A stretch of 64,000 bases of DNA. Source: Stylophora pistillata (taxonomy: Eukaryota). The DNA is taken from positions 130,637 through 194,636 of the forward strand of contig NW_019218027.1 in the NCBI RefSeq assembly GCF_002571385.2. Direction: 5' to 3'. The notes under the pieces were generated by a model that ran no database searches, was not told the DNA's origin, and saw only the letters and a program-made list of their open reading frames with translations. Positions 1-13,400 of the stretch are shown one piece after another. The translations under genes were made by a program, and so were the position numbers. The stretch's first letter is position 1, and the number at the start of each line of letters is the position of its first letter.

Positions 1-5
1 GATCT

Positions 6-109
6 GGGGTGCATAAGGAAGGCAGAGGGGGGTGCATAAGGAAGGCAGAGGGGGGTGCATAAGGAAGGCAGAGGGGGGTGCATAAGGAAGGCAGAGGGGG
101 GTGCATAAG
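6..109. repeat. 23-bp G-rich minisatellite (GTGCATAAGGAAGGCAGAGGGGG), ~4.5 copies
   Basis: TGCATAAG recurs at 10, 33, 56, 79 and 102 (period 23). Confidence 0.95.
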
Positions 110-493
110 AAAAGGAGACAGAAGGAAGTTTGATAGCAATGGGTTGACACGTGCACCGGACTTTTTCTTCCTCCAAAATATAATTTTCTCCGCCAGCTTC
201 TAATTTTAAGTGTTCTCTTTTTCAAAAGTGCACAATTCTCCCCCCCCCCCCAACCACACCAAATTTTGATTAAATTCGTTCAAAAATCCTTCAAGATTAT
301 CAAATCTTTACTTTTACTTGGTGCTGAAATATAAGTGAAATGAAACACTAACACCGCTGAAATAAACAAAAATTCACGATTTCCCTTAGCTACTAAGCCA
401 ATAAGGACTGGGGAATTACCATTAGCGGTTCCAAACTAACCACAGCCATACCAATGATCTCTTCTCGCTCTTTGGTCTTCTTTTTATCATTAG

Positions 494-834
494 CAACTCG
501 AATGGACGCAGACCTCGATGAAGAAGAAGACGTCGATATTGAGGGGTACGATGACGATGACAGCACTTCACAAAGTTACACAAAAAAGGAGAGCTTTGGA
601 TCGCAACAAATGCTCGGAAGCGAGCAGGATTCGCAAGAAATGTCGCAGTTTGCCAGCATCCTACTTCAAGATCTTCAACACAGTGACAGCGAAAGCGAAG
701 AGGATGATTTCCCGTTTGGCGACGGAGATGACGAGGAGGAGGAAGACATTGAAGAGGAAGAACAGATAAGCTTTTTTCCCGGAGGAGATGAAAGCAATGA
801 GGCAATAAAGGGAGAGTTACCGGAAGAACTTTAA
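494..834 (+). CDS. TAF1: Terminal coding exon of TFIID subunit 1 (TAF1)-like gene, acidic C-terminal tail; the rest lies upstream of the window
   Basis: Polypyrimidine tract plus TAG acceptor at 491-493. The peptide DEEEDVDIEGYDDDD...ASILLQDLQHSDSESEEDD resembles the TAF1 tail as I recall it (DVDIEGYDDEEE...ASVLYEDLLMSEGEDDEED). Stop at 832-834; AATAAA at 1507-1512. Confidence 0.7.
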
Positions 835-1115
835 GGTTCAGCTCAGTTAATTCAAAGAACTGCGTTTGTATTTTCTTTGACCTGTGAAACGGGTTTGTTT
901 TCCTTGCTCCCGACGCTACGACGTCAGCCTGGTGTCAAACATCACGTGCAGTTGCATGGTTACTTAGCCCATAATAAGTAGCGGACTCAATAGGTTTATT
1001 TTTGAAACAAGACTGATTATGCTACCCCCATAGATCTTCACCGTTCTCATTGAAATTTAACTAGAGATCTGTCAATGAAGGAGTCCTATGCTGTTGATAG
1101 ACTGCTTATTGTAAA

Positions 1116-1451
1116 TAATCCTGTTCTGTATTGTTACATTCACACGACGTGTGCTATTCCTTTACAAACTGATTCTCTGAGAAGGGCATCATTTTGATCG
1201 GACACAAAGGGAGGAGTTTAACGACTTCAGTGCACAACTCAGCACTCCTGTTTCTGCACTAAACCAATGTAAGTTTAATTTCTGTCAGTTTGTCAGGACA
1301 CGACAGTAGAATGGAAAGATGCTGATCTTTTATGTATTGTTTTTTTTTTTTTTTTAATCCTGTTCTGTATTGTTACATTCACACGACATGTGCTATTCCT
1401 TTACAAATTGATTCTCTGAGAAGGTCATCATTTTGATCGGACACAAAGGGA
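1116..1451. repeat. ~96-bp direct duplication (1116-1212 / 1355-1451) in the 3' UTR/intergenic region
   Basis: TAATCCTGTTCTGTATTG...GACACAAAGGGA occurs twice with 3 mismatches; the second copy follows a T-run. Confidence 0.9.
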
Positions 1452-1923
1452 AAACGCAAGTCAAAGCACATTGTATGTAAATTTATATTTGACATTTTTC
1501 ATGTAAAATAAAACACTTTCAATTGTGTCGGTACTAATGTCCTCCTGTAGGCCAGATGTATGACGAGTCTGCATACCCGTAGAACGGGGGCCGATAGTGA
1601 GGGCGAGGACAATTCAATACAAGAGGAAACAAAGGGAAAGTCCCCTTATAGGGAGAGTCTCTCCCTTCCCCAAATGCTACCTCTGCATCTCCATGAACGA
1701 CACTTCCATCTTTCTAAATTATTTTTTCTCATTAGTCCCGGCCATTTAATTGTTGAAAGGTGCTGAGGGAACGAGAGAGTCCAGTGGGTATGGGATAAGC
1801 GTCAGAGCTGCGAGAGAAAAAATTCAAACAGAATAGAGCCATTTTTTGCTTATTCGCTTAAATGGTCAATATAATCAAGTTAATCAGTCGCTAAGATTCT
1901 TCCCACGCACTCCTCCACGGGCA

Positions 1924-4900
1924 CTATTTACTTTTCCTGAGCATTACGCACCAGTTCCCTCGGTCGTAATAATGTTCCTCCAGTGTCACGTTACTGAGGC
2001 GGCTACAAAGGTTTCGGAGCTCGCCATCTTGAAACACGTGATAATACCTGTGGTACACGTGACCCTCTGTACCTTCTCCTGACCCTTCAGCGTCTTTTCT
2101 CCGTTTCTCATGTTGTTTTCCTGGGCCGCTGTATTTCCACGGCACAAATAAATCTTGTTGTTCAAACGAATCCCGGCTAGCATTAACCATCAATCTCGAT
2201 GAACAATTATGATCTAAAGTTTCGGATTTATTAGGGGATGGTTCGTTATTTGAGGGAAAGTTTTCGATGGTTTTGCTTTCTTTCAAAAACTCGTTTTTGT
2301 TACTTAGGTTTTCCTGTTCGGTGCGATGATTATTACTTTCGGTGAAATCCACTTCCTTCAGATGTTTCTTTTTAACTTTTTTCACTTCCTGTTCTAAAGC
2401 CCATACGTACACGAGTACCAATCCCCCTGGGCGTGTTATTCGAACCAGTTCCTTTAGACCAACCAGACGTCGCTCGGCCGTAGCAAGGTGATGAAGAACT
2501 GCGATGCAGAGACATACATCAAACACATCAGTCCTGAGGGACGAAAACACGAAAAATAGACAATTCAGTTTCACGACTTTTTAATCCCTTGGCCCGTTCC
2601 TTCGCTAACGACAACTTTAACTCTGTCAACGACAAAAGCAGCGAGAAACGCACACTAAGCGAACACGTTTTCTTCCATTTGAATATTTAATAGTACAAAA
2701 CCATGGTAACAAACTAGCCAATCGAAACAATGGAGAACATCAGGAGTGCTGAGAACTAAAGCGCGGGAAAACACAAGTGACTACGTCACGATCGGTTTTG
2801 GTTTTGCATTTGATCGGTGAGCACAAGTTTTTCGACAGCCAATCACAGGCCGCGGGGAGGCACAACCAATACAATCTCTGGTTACAAGCGGCAATATATT
2901 GAAAATTCCCTTATCCCCTGTCTCTCTGTCTGGCTGTCTCCATTCCACAAAAATCAATAACCATGCATTGGCCGCCCTCCTCACCTGTATGGCAATGACA
3001 AGATATCACACACAATCACAGAATATCCCCGCTCTCGGCAGATAGAAGCCAAGTTAAAACTTCTATCAGAACCTGTTTTGAATAGATTATCATTAATCCC
3101 AAGATATTTGCCGTTTCCACATCCTACATCCGCCACCAGACTCCCGACTGGTTGATTCCGCAGAAAGTCTGCCACTTTTGGCCAAGGGCTGTGCCGTGTT
3201 CCACTGAAATGTGGCGCAATCTTTTCGTACACTTCGTGCACGTGGAGCTTTTCCAGATTTTGCGCTTCTCCAATCGTTGTTGGAACACTGGACGGAGGCG
3301 AGAGTTCGGGAGCAGTCTTGCTTCCAGTTTGCGAATCACACTGAGCTGAGAAGGCGCAGTCACACGGAGTGTGGCGGACTTTGCGAAGTGTTAGCGAAAT
3401 CCTTGTTTGTCTTTCAAACAGAGTAGTTCCTTCTTCGGCTCTTTTATTATGAGTGCCCTCTGCAATGACTGTTTCAGGTTCCTTGGAGATTTTAACGTAA
3501 CCAGTCCCCTCGTTTGATGTACTTTTGGCATCATGTATAATATCGTATTTTCGAGGTGTTATACTGCAATTTGAAGACAAGAACATTTTGTTCCCACAAT
3601 ACGAGCATATAGTAAGAAGTGAAAGATATACGTGTCTGTTGGGATTCAAATTTATTTCTCTTAAATTGAATTGTTAGAATAGGGAAGGCAAAAATATTTA
3701 GGTGTTTTCCAAGTTCAGAAGAAATATATCCACGTTCCACTCTTATTTTCCCCCTTTGAAACAAAATTACGCTACGTCACTACAGTTGAGTCGTGTGCTA
3801 TCACCGCTGTGGCGGGTCAAGTTAGCTTCTTCTTAAAGTAAACCACAAAATATTAGTTTGATAGGACAAAAAAATATCGAAATGGAAAGAAAAAGCCAAA
3901 AAGGATAAAGCATATTTTAAGAATCAAGACGATTGACGCGTGTTGCACAAACCAAAGTGTACAATTTAGGCGAGATGTTTCGAGATACACCAGCCATAGC
4001 AAGCGCCTTTAACACTGAGTTCCTGGAGCCAGTCTAAAACAGTAGCTGTGTTCAACTGGATTTGTATTTCTTCCGGAAATGACTTTATCCTGGTGGAAAG
4101 CGGTCCATCTAAATCTTACCCGTGACTCCAAAGATATCTGCTTTCACCAGTCATGACCAATAAACTTCTCCTTGGTAAAACAACTGGCACGTGTCTACCA
4201 TCCGGATGACGAAACTCCATTGTGACCTGATGCAATCAAAAATACATAACATAAAATACACTGAGTTTTTAACCAAAGCACTTCTATGGGATGGCTCTTG
4301 TTTCAAAGTTGAATTAGGATTTTGAGTACAGAGAATTTTAGAATTTAAAATTTGGAATTAGAAAAAAAAGGATTTAGCCGCAGCACTCTCACAGGGTGGC
4401 TCTATGTCAAGTGACCTGAGGTCAAATAAGCTTGTTGAACATTGATTTTGTGGAGAGAGGGAAATTGGCAGACCCAGAAAAAAATCGTCACAGTGAGCAT
4501 AGGAAAAAAAGATCAACTCTATCCTCATGTGACATCATCATTGCCCAGGAGTTGAACCCAAGTCACAGAGATAGGAAAACGTGTTCTCACCACTGCATTA
4601 CCCTTACTCCACCGACAACCTCATTCTCAAGGGGGGTGGGGAGGGATGGGCTGGGGAGGGACGGGCTGGGGAGGGACAAGAGAGAGCCAGGATATAAGGG
4701 AGGTACCTTCAACTACAAACGTCACTCTTGGTGCTTTGGCAGAGGCGTTTCTTCACCCTCTGCAAGGAGTCTAGCACTGATAGTAGCACTCATTTTTAGT
4801 GCAGGAGCTCCAGCTACTCTCTCCACCAATGTGTATCATATACCTTTGTGATTAGAAGTAATGTGCAACCTGTAGTGCTCATAATGAGGGCCTACTTACA

Positions 4901-7293
4901 GGCTAGAAACTGTGTCATTGAAAACCTACTATAAGGAAAATACCTGAGATCCAAGGCTGAGTGAAACTATTCCATCTTCAAAAGCAGAGTGAGTGTCAAT
5001 GTGAGGTGGAATACCTTCCGCATAAAAATAAAAATAAAAATACATTTCTAAAAAAGTGATTTGAAATATATTTACTAATATATCCAGGGAGATAATGCAA
5101 TTTACTAATATATATTACTATGTTATGGAGAGCGCCCATATTTTTCTAGAGTGCGTTGCGTTACGTAATTATTAAAAATAGAACGAAGAAGTTTCTAGAA
5201 CATTTAGTCATGATGACTAAGCGAGAACTTTAAGGAGAACCTTCTAGAACCGTGACTCAGCATATTTTTGTTATGATGTAATCATAGTGTAATGTTTCTA
5301 AAAATAGCAATATTACAGATCTCTAGAACATTCTAGAACTTTCTGAAAGATATATAAGAAGTCACGCTAGCTTAAAGAGAGAGACCTTTTAGTGAGCTAT
5401 AACTGCTGTTGCGAAGAGCCCAGAGGAGCGAGAGCCGGACAGAGTTGTTTACTGGAATTGAAAGCCGTGTGGAAGGCTACGTGAGAGAAAGAATTACGGA
5501 CGTCGACAATTTGTTAAAGATTTTCAAGAGAACTGTGAGTTGTGCGGTAGTACACTGAGATTTAAGTGATATTATTTGTAAAGGGCTCTAAGTTATAAGG
5601 TTACTGATTGTATTAGTATTTATATCGCTCCGTAGCTAAGTGAAAAAGATAGTTATTGTACTGGTTGTCGATATCGCTTCGTAGTTATTACGTCAGTCAA
5701 TAAAGTAGTTGAGTTGTACGAGTTATATCTTTCTGGCGGTTTGGAAAATACCGTAACAACTAATATATATTACTAATATGTCCAGGGAGATAATGCAAGT
5801 AATATTTGTTTTACTGAAAGACTGAGCAAAGTTGGATGTGTTCAGCCAGTCTATCCTAACCAGAATTGCATCTAGTGTAATATACAAAGACAAGCTTAAA
5901 ATAAAAACTGCCATAGAGGCACATGTTTTTGTTTTGTTTTGCAGAGGCAAAGCCTCCAAGAGAGGTACTATGGCCTTGCCAATTGCAGGTTTCTACTACC
6001 ACCACCTTTTTCACCACATTCATGTTACCACAAAGGCTCTAAAATTCCCTGCTTTTTAAAATTTTTCCTAGGTAACAGGCTTTTTCTAAGGTAACAGTTG
6101 GTATGAATTGCCTGTTTCATTTCAACTTTGATTTTCACATGTTAAAGCTGGAAATTATTGATAACATCTCTACATTTCTACCTTTAGTCTGATTTGTTGA
6201 AGGAAACCTCATGAGCTTTTTATTTTCATCATCTGCTTAAAGGTAGTTTTCCCCTTTAAATAAAATTTAACTCTAAAGATTCAGTTCTACCTTGGCCTGG
6301 CTTGTATTCGTTAACTGTCATTTGATCTGGTTTGAACATGACTTTCTCCTGGACACGATCCAACAGTACGTCACAAACACCAGGAAAACCATCAGGTAAA
6401 GGATTTGATTTGTCTACATTATTTGATCGATACAAAAACTCGTAGCCAAAATGTTTGACTCTCCTATGACGAAGTTCCTGATTTGCTGTGAAAGAAGAAG
6501 AAAGCTTCTTATATGACTATAAAAAGGATATCTAATGAACCATTTTTTGTAGACACTTCTGAAAAAAGTTGTCAAAAGGGTCCACCTCTGAAAAAAGTTG
6601 TCAAAAGGATCTAAATATTGTTGGCTTCCTTGAAGAAAATAATCAACCCTCCCTATACAATTACCTGCCATCCTCGGGGGATGGGGTGGGGGAGAAGGGC
6701 GTGGAGAAATGGAACTTCTTGTTCCTAACGTTAATACTTGATCAAAACATAGTACCTGTGCCTTGAATCTCAACCTCATTCCCTTCACTTCCCCATCCCA
6801 GTACTTGAATTAACTGCTCCTCTTCTGCCTCCGTCACAAAATCATCCACTAACACAAGACCTGATGGTGTGGCCTGTTTTTCAAACGAAACATCATCGGG
6901 TAAATTTGTGAGGAATGAAAGGTAGAATCTGACGTCGGGTCTCGGAAACTCTGAAGGACAGTCTAAAACACGACCGTGCACTTTTTCCATTGCCTTAAGT
7001 GATTCACTGACATGCTCAAAGGTGATAAATGAAAAGGATCTACCAGGGAACATCAGAAGCCGCTCTATGTTTCCAAACTTCTGAAAAAAGTTGAAAATTA
7101 GCTTTCGGTCTATGCCACACATAAACCCTCCATTTCCGACCATCAGATGGCGAGTGGGCGATTCTGAAACTATGGCAAGTTCGGAATTATTCCTGCGAAG
7201 ACTATGAATTAGTCTCGTCTGCTTTCTCAGCGCCTTTTTTTCTGCTTTGGTCAATTTTGTTGCACACGTTTTCATTGCATTCGATGTCGCCAT
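1924..7293 (-). CDS. ALKBH8: Alkylated DNA repair protein alkB homolog 8 / tRNA mcm5U methyltransferase (RRM + AlkB 2OG-Fe(II) + Trm9-like MTase)
   Basis: Exons (minus) 7293-6756, 6485-6291, 5014-4944, 4226-4120, 3563-2985, 2533-1924 join in frame. Motifs: RRM (RSFSFITF), [68 protein letters not shown]...C zinc cluster, [24 protein letters not shown]. Confidence 0.96.
4436..4605 (-). mobile_element. Degenerate tRNA-derived SINE in an ALKBH8 intron
   Basis: The minus strand reads GTAATGCAGTGGTGAGAACACG...GGGTTCAACTCC (A/B-box-like), followed by a body. Confidence 0.5.
5121..5758 (+). mobile_element. Solo LTR (Gypsy-like) in ALKBH8 intron 2
   Basis: TG...CA ends with terminal inverted 8-mers (TGTTATGG / CCGTAACA); 4-bp TSD ACTA at 5117-5120 and 5759-5762; internal TATATAA near 5351 and AATAAA at 5699-5704; 638 bp. 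Confidence 0.88.
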
Positions 7294-7439
7294 CTTGGAT
7301 TTTAAATTTAGCGAAAAAACCTCAGACCTAAGTACTCGCTGGCTCTGTGATCTCAGCTGGCGGGACACATAACCCACTTGGCGATACCCTGGAAAATTAC
7401 TCGGATATTTTGAGGTTCAGTGGAGGACAAGTGACATTT
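7294..7439. promoter_or_regulatory. Compact bidirectional promoter shared by ALKBH8 (-) and URAH (+)
   Basis: The two divergent ATGs (7293 and 7440) are separated by only 146 bp. Confidence 0.7.
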
Positions 7440-10400
7440 ATGCAGTGTAACGCAAGATTATCCAGCATACGGAAACACATAAGCCCAGAAAAGGTTAGTT
7501 GATCTGCGCACTACATAATGTTCCCATATGACTTAGAAAATTGCAACTAACGCTGTATGCTAGAAGTCACTAATGCACTATTGATCAGTTAGAGTAAGTT
7601 TTAGATGAGCAACATAAAACAAAATGCCAGAAGACGCTTCAAAAACCAATACCTAACATGTTGTTTGTGAAAATGAAACAAGAGAAACGATTTTATGGGA
7701 AAAATATCAGCTGTTGGGGGAGATCTTTTGTAACAGCGTATACCGTGCGCCTGTAAGGGAGCCCCCCACTCTCCCCTCCCTCTCTTACATTGATACCTAT
7801 ATACTCAGTGGAAAGTGCAAAGAAGAATTGATCGTGATAATTTATTTAAAGTGTTGAGCTGTTATATCTTTTCATATGTAGCCTTTTGTTTCATCAGTAA
7901 TCTGAAAGGTGACCTACCCCTTCTTTCCCATCTCACAAACTGCCTCTTAAACCATATTCCTATCCTCTGAGGGATCAGAAAAACACTCAAGGTATGTCTA
8001 GGGAAATGTTGGTGTCCTTCCAATCTTCACATTATATGATATTTTCAGTCCTACTGTAGTACCATTATGAAGAGTGAAAAAGTCACCAAAAGTTCTCTGC
8101 ATCTTGCTTCATCTACACAGTATATAATCTTGTCTCCTGTTCAAAGTTAAGGTTGGGAGAGGGAGAGAAAACGTTTTATGGCTGTTAGTTAGAACCCAAC
8201 TGTCTTGAACATAAGCTTCTTTAATGGGAAATTTGCATCATCCTTTCTGGACCTATACATTTCTTTTAGATAGTCCTGCCAATCTCTGTCTTGAACACCA
8301 GCTTACATAACGGAAAATTTTCATTATCCTTTCTGGACACATACAACATCTGTTCTATATTTAGGCAAATCTATTTGTTAACCCTTTACACCAAAACATC
8401 AGTTTCCAAGTTCTCTATTCTTGCTTTCTGAACATTTCCTATGATATAATCGTACTTACAAGGAGAATATGCTTCATGATCAAGAACATCTTGACCTTGC
8501 AAATAAATACATTAACTTAATCAAAACTTAATCCTTTAACTCCCACCAATGACAAGTGTCTAATTTCTCCCAATAGTGTTCCCCCTGAATCTTAAATAAA
8601 CTAAGTTAATCCTATTCCATAACTCAGTGATACAATGCCATTGGTGGTACTTAACTCTGCTGTTACTTTACAAGAGAATAAAGGCTGATAGTTTCGAAAG
8701 AAACTGTTTGGGGCTGCATAGGCGGGAGTAACGAAATAATTTGGATATATCAACAAAGTTGAAATGGTAAATTGGCCACCGTAACGATTACAAAAGCTGA
8801 CGTTTCAAACATTAGCCCTTCGTCGGAGCGAAGGTTGCAAAAGTGTTGACTTGGGAGGGAAGCACTTCCTCTTGGTAGTGGTTTTACTCTTTAATGTTAA
8901 CCCTGACTTAAAATACTGTCTCTGAGTAGGTCTCCCTCTGGAGCCCAATTAATGTTCAGAGACACCAACCTCTGGAGATCTCAAATCTAGAGATTTGTTT
9001 TTATGGACCACCAGCACCCCCCCAACTGAATTTGCCTATGCAACCCCCCCCCCAAAACAAAAGTTCAGACTGTGAACCTTCAAGTGTCAGTGAGCATATC
9101 GAGCAATTTCATGGGAAAAATGTGGATCTATCTGTCAGGGATTTCAATTGGTCAAATACTCATCCAGTCAGACTCTCACTTAGATAGGTGTAACAAAGAA
9201 GAAACTCTCTTTTTTGTTTGCAATTAATGATGTGCATTGCGCAAGAAAATGAAGTCAGAAGCCGTAACACAAGCATAAGAAGCCAAATGATTTTGGAATT
9301 TTGGAACATGTGGAGCTTAAATCATGTTTTTTGTGGGCAACTGATCCAAACTTTCTTTTATCTGGGAGTTTTGGTCAACCATATGGGAGAGCGGGAAATT
9401 AGCTCTGTATCCAGGAGACTCCCAGATAGTCCAGGAGAGTTGGAAGATATGCTATTGTTTTGGCATCAATTGAGGTAACTTAAGGAATCCTTTGTCCATT
9501 TTCCTTAAGCCAGATCTCAAGAATGGTATGCCTTTCTGAGGGGTAACAAACCTAGATATGCTCTTTTCATAACCACAACAAGATCATCATTGAGATGAAT
9601 GTAGAATTTGAATAAGACATCATCCAGTTTCTCTGTTTGCAGTTGCAGAAAAAGGTCAAAGCAGTTCTCTAAAAGACTTGCATCAAAGCAAGAAAAAAGT
9701 TTTTAATCAGTAGAGAAATCTAATTGCCCCGAATGAGTATTTTTTTTATGCAATAGATGGTTTAAGGTCAGAAGTTACAGTTAGTTGTGTAGTCTGATCA
9801 AGGACTGAGAAGGAATTTAATGAGAAGCAGTGACTGATGCTTTGCTGATAACCTGAATGGAGGTTATTATCAGAGTCACGTGATGTCATTTCTGGTGTTA
9901 AGTGCATTTGGTGAAGTTGCTTGACTTAGACAATGTCTTCACCCCAGGTTTTCAAAATGTCAGTCACTGTTACAGACTCTCTTCACCCACACGATCAGAC
10001 TACATGACCAACCATTCAAATTATCTGACCCTGCCGAGGAGGGCCTGGGTTTTAAATTGAATACTCTTCTTGTGAATGAAACCAAAAGGAATCTGAAGCA
10101 TTTTTATTGATCTACTGTTTGGGTTTAAGTATGAAAGTGTTCAGTGCAGTCTTACACCCTTTGCATGTGGAAAAAAAATAAGTTAAATTTTTTATGGCTC
10201 ATTCTTTGCAGAGAAAGTTGAGTATGAGCTGTGTCAAATAAGCTAAACTGACTGTTTAAAGTTTAATAAATCACCACGAAATGAGTTGAGGAAACTTTAG
10301 GCATTTGCAGCTAAAAGAAAGCTGCATAGTTAGTCAATATAAAATTGGGTTGTGTCAAGCAAAACAAGGCGGAGAGAGGTATGCAGGGCTCTGGCACTAG

Positions 10401-13400
10401 TGCTAGACCCCTGCACGCGACTTTGGCAATTCCCTCCCACGCTATTGTGACTTTAACTTCAGCTTTTCCTTTAGCTTACATAAAATGCTGAAGATGCTAT
10501 CGCTTTCTGCTTAAAGTATTGAAGGGGAAAAAAACGGATCTAAAACTTTAAGCCGGCGCAGGAATCTTACAAATGTGGCAAACTTGTAGTTTCCATGCCA
10601 ACACATTATGCCGCAGCAAAAACACGACGGGAATTGACAGCTGAAGGGAGTTATCTTCGTATAGAACCAAATTCCTTTCATAATCTATAAGGAATGAACA
10701 GAAGTTAGAGAGAAGACCTTCTTATCGTCAGATCAGGAGTTGTTCACGACCTGGCACTTAACAAAAGAAATATCTCTCGCAACCATCAAGAATAGTCCAT
10801 TAGAACTGGTGTTATAGAAGCAGATATGAGTAGTGCTTCCGAGTGGAACCTGAAATTCTGATAAATTTAGCCCGTAGAAGCGTGGTTGGAAATTTTTCTG
10901 CGACAGTAGCTTGCAATAGTTTGAATTTCCGAACGGAACGGAATGCTCAACAGTTCGCTTTAAAATGCTCAAAGGCCGAGACGGATCACAGCCGTTTTTT
11001 CTTAAGTATCTATTATTGTATAAATTATTTAAACCGTTAAGGCGCATTTTCCTCTCGCATCACTCGCGCCATTTGTGTCCTTGCATTATAAAAATATGCG
11101 TGAAATTTTCCTGTTTATTGCGAGTAGTGAGGTCACACTGTTAAAAAAAAACTTGCTTTCACACGTCAATCTACGAAATAGGAAAGAACTATATATAGCG
11201 GAACGAAAACTTAAGGCGATTTGGTAAGCATCTGAGTTTTTTCAGCATTTTTCTATATTGCGCTCTGGCTGGTAAAATGCGGCGATTTTATCTTGTTTTA
11301 TGTCGATAGATTCAATTTAGAGGGACGTAACTACTTGCGGTTGGGATAACATAGATTACTGCCAGAATGTCTCTGTTTAAATAAAGCAGACTCGAAGATA
11401 ATTGAGTTAACTCAAGGAATTGCATAACACTGCAGTTGTAGAAAAATGTCATTAGAACATGATATTAGAATTGACACGACAGAAACTTTTTAAGAAGCTC
11501 ACTTTTTTTAGGCTTGTCTTTCAAACTGAAGAGTTGTTCCCAACGTACTGTTGCAGTTCCAGGTAACTATGCGTGAAATGTGGTCAATTCCAAATTAAGT
11601 TTGACCGTGAAGCACACGAAAATGAAATCTGCCACATCAATCTAATTTAATAAAATGTTATTTATAGCATTTGCAAAACACCTAAGACCAAAATAATTGG
11701 TTAGAAAAAAAAAAGAGAAGTAACACACCTACACTTTTTTCACTTTTTCTCCTGTCTGAGCTAAAGAAGAAAAATCTTTTGTGTCCTTTGTAGATAGTCG
11801 TCGTGTACGACTTCAAACAGATGTTAAATCTGGTCAAACTTTAGGATGACGGTATTTCAAAAGGTTTACACGTAATCTTACATGATACCGAAAAAAGTAT
11901 TTTAACAAACTAATACTGATAATTTCCACTCGATTGAGTTCACAATGTCTAGATCTTCAGTCTCTGCGGAAATATTGTCGAACTCTGTTTTTAGCCGGGG
12001 GTAAAAATATATGAGCGATATAGTAAGTGCTTGAAGAATTTACTCTTTGCATTTTGCAATGATATTTGAAAACGTTGTTCCCGTATTGGCTTTTATCGGA
12101 TTTAGTTTGTAATAAGTAGGCGCCTACATTATGGCATCGTTTTAAAACGTTTTTCGAGGGCGTGCACAAACCACTCGGAGCAATCAGTAAATGCTTCGAA
12201 ACAACTGCCCTTACATTAATCTACACTGTTATAGTGCTTTGCAAATTTAAAAAGTGTAGACCTGATTCTACTGGTACGGTTGAATCGAAAGAGGAATCGT
12301 CATTGATGCGGCTACGCTTTAAGCTTTTTTCGCATAGCAGTATTTTTGTTATAAATAGCAGCATTTTTCTAAAGGCAATATCTTGACTCGTGTACTCGGA
12401 AAGTAATATTTCTCTGAAACACATCGTCGCTGTATTAGCCCATGATTGGATTTGGACAATAGCATTATTTGACTTCCCCTTGTCCGAACGTTAAAAAGCC
12501 GTATTTGTCGAATAGTGTCATGTCGTATCAAGCGGAAACTAAACTTGAAACATATTAAGGACTAACAGCTTTCGTGGTTTGACGTGAAATCAACTGTTAC
12601 GTATGCCTGACTTCTATAAGGAGCCTATTGAAAATTACATTTTATTTAATTTTAGTTTTTTGTTCAAGCTTCTCGTTTAATATATTGTCCAAATTGTGAA
12701 AACTGACGTTGATTTTCTTGTAGAGCCAATATCTTTTCTTATGAAAAGTTCAACCATATTGTTAATTGTTATACATGTCAACATAGTGTATTCGTAGTCG
12801 CTTGTCTATTTTTCGATTAATTACAAGAAGATATGATACGACAATTCTCTGTGTGGTAATATAACTTGGAGTCACAATAGATACGACGAAAAGAAATCAA
12901 TATTGACTAAATGTTATCTTTTGGAAAATTACCTCGCAATTGTCTCTGAAAACGTTAGTTATGATGGTCTGGATGTGAGCGAAAGCTGTGAAGATAGCCG
13001 GAAAACGTTTGTTAGATCCGTGTTTTCGTTTAAGCTGACACCGAGTTTTATTCGAGGTTATCTAGTAATGATATCAAAGTCAACCATACTGGAGATATTC
13101 TCCGGAAAGGGACCTAATATCGTTGACTTCCCACTCGACCTTAAAAAAAGAGCAGGTATTTGATGTAAGCTTTTCGGCACCACAGAAATAAGTCTCTTGA
13201 AATGAAGAATGAAGATTAAGTTATATTGGACCAGTTGTTACCAAACCTTTACTGTAAACCACGCCAAAGAATCTGAAAATCCTTTTATCGTTATGAAGGT
13301 GGACAGCCCTTCAGGTTTGTTTAAGTCATCTGCATCTTTTTCTCTGGTGGATAACTATGTTATAGCGGTAAATAGGGGTTTGTGCGATATAAATAATCTT

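Noticed and set aside
422-805. Antisense and alternate-frame ORFs over real exons (also 47831-48163, 62646-63020, 15698-16043)
   Set aside because: Shadow ORFs of low-complexity coding sequence with no recognisable motifs.
4432-4851. 139-aa ORF with GRDGL repeats
   Set aside because: Built from a decayed SINE plus a 15-bp G-rich repeat inside an ALKBH8 intron.
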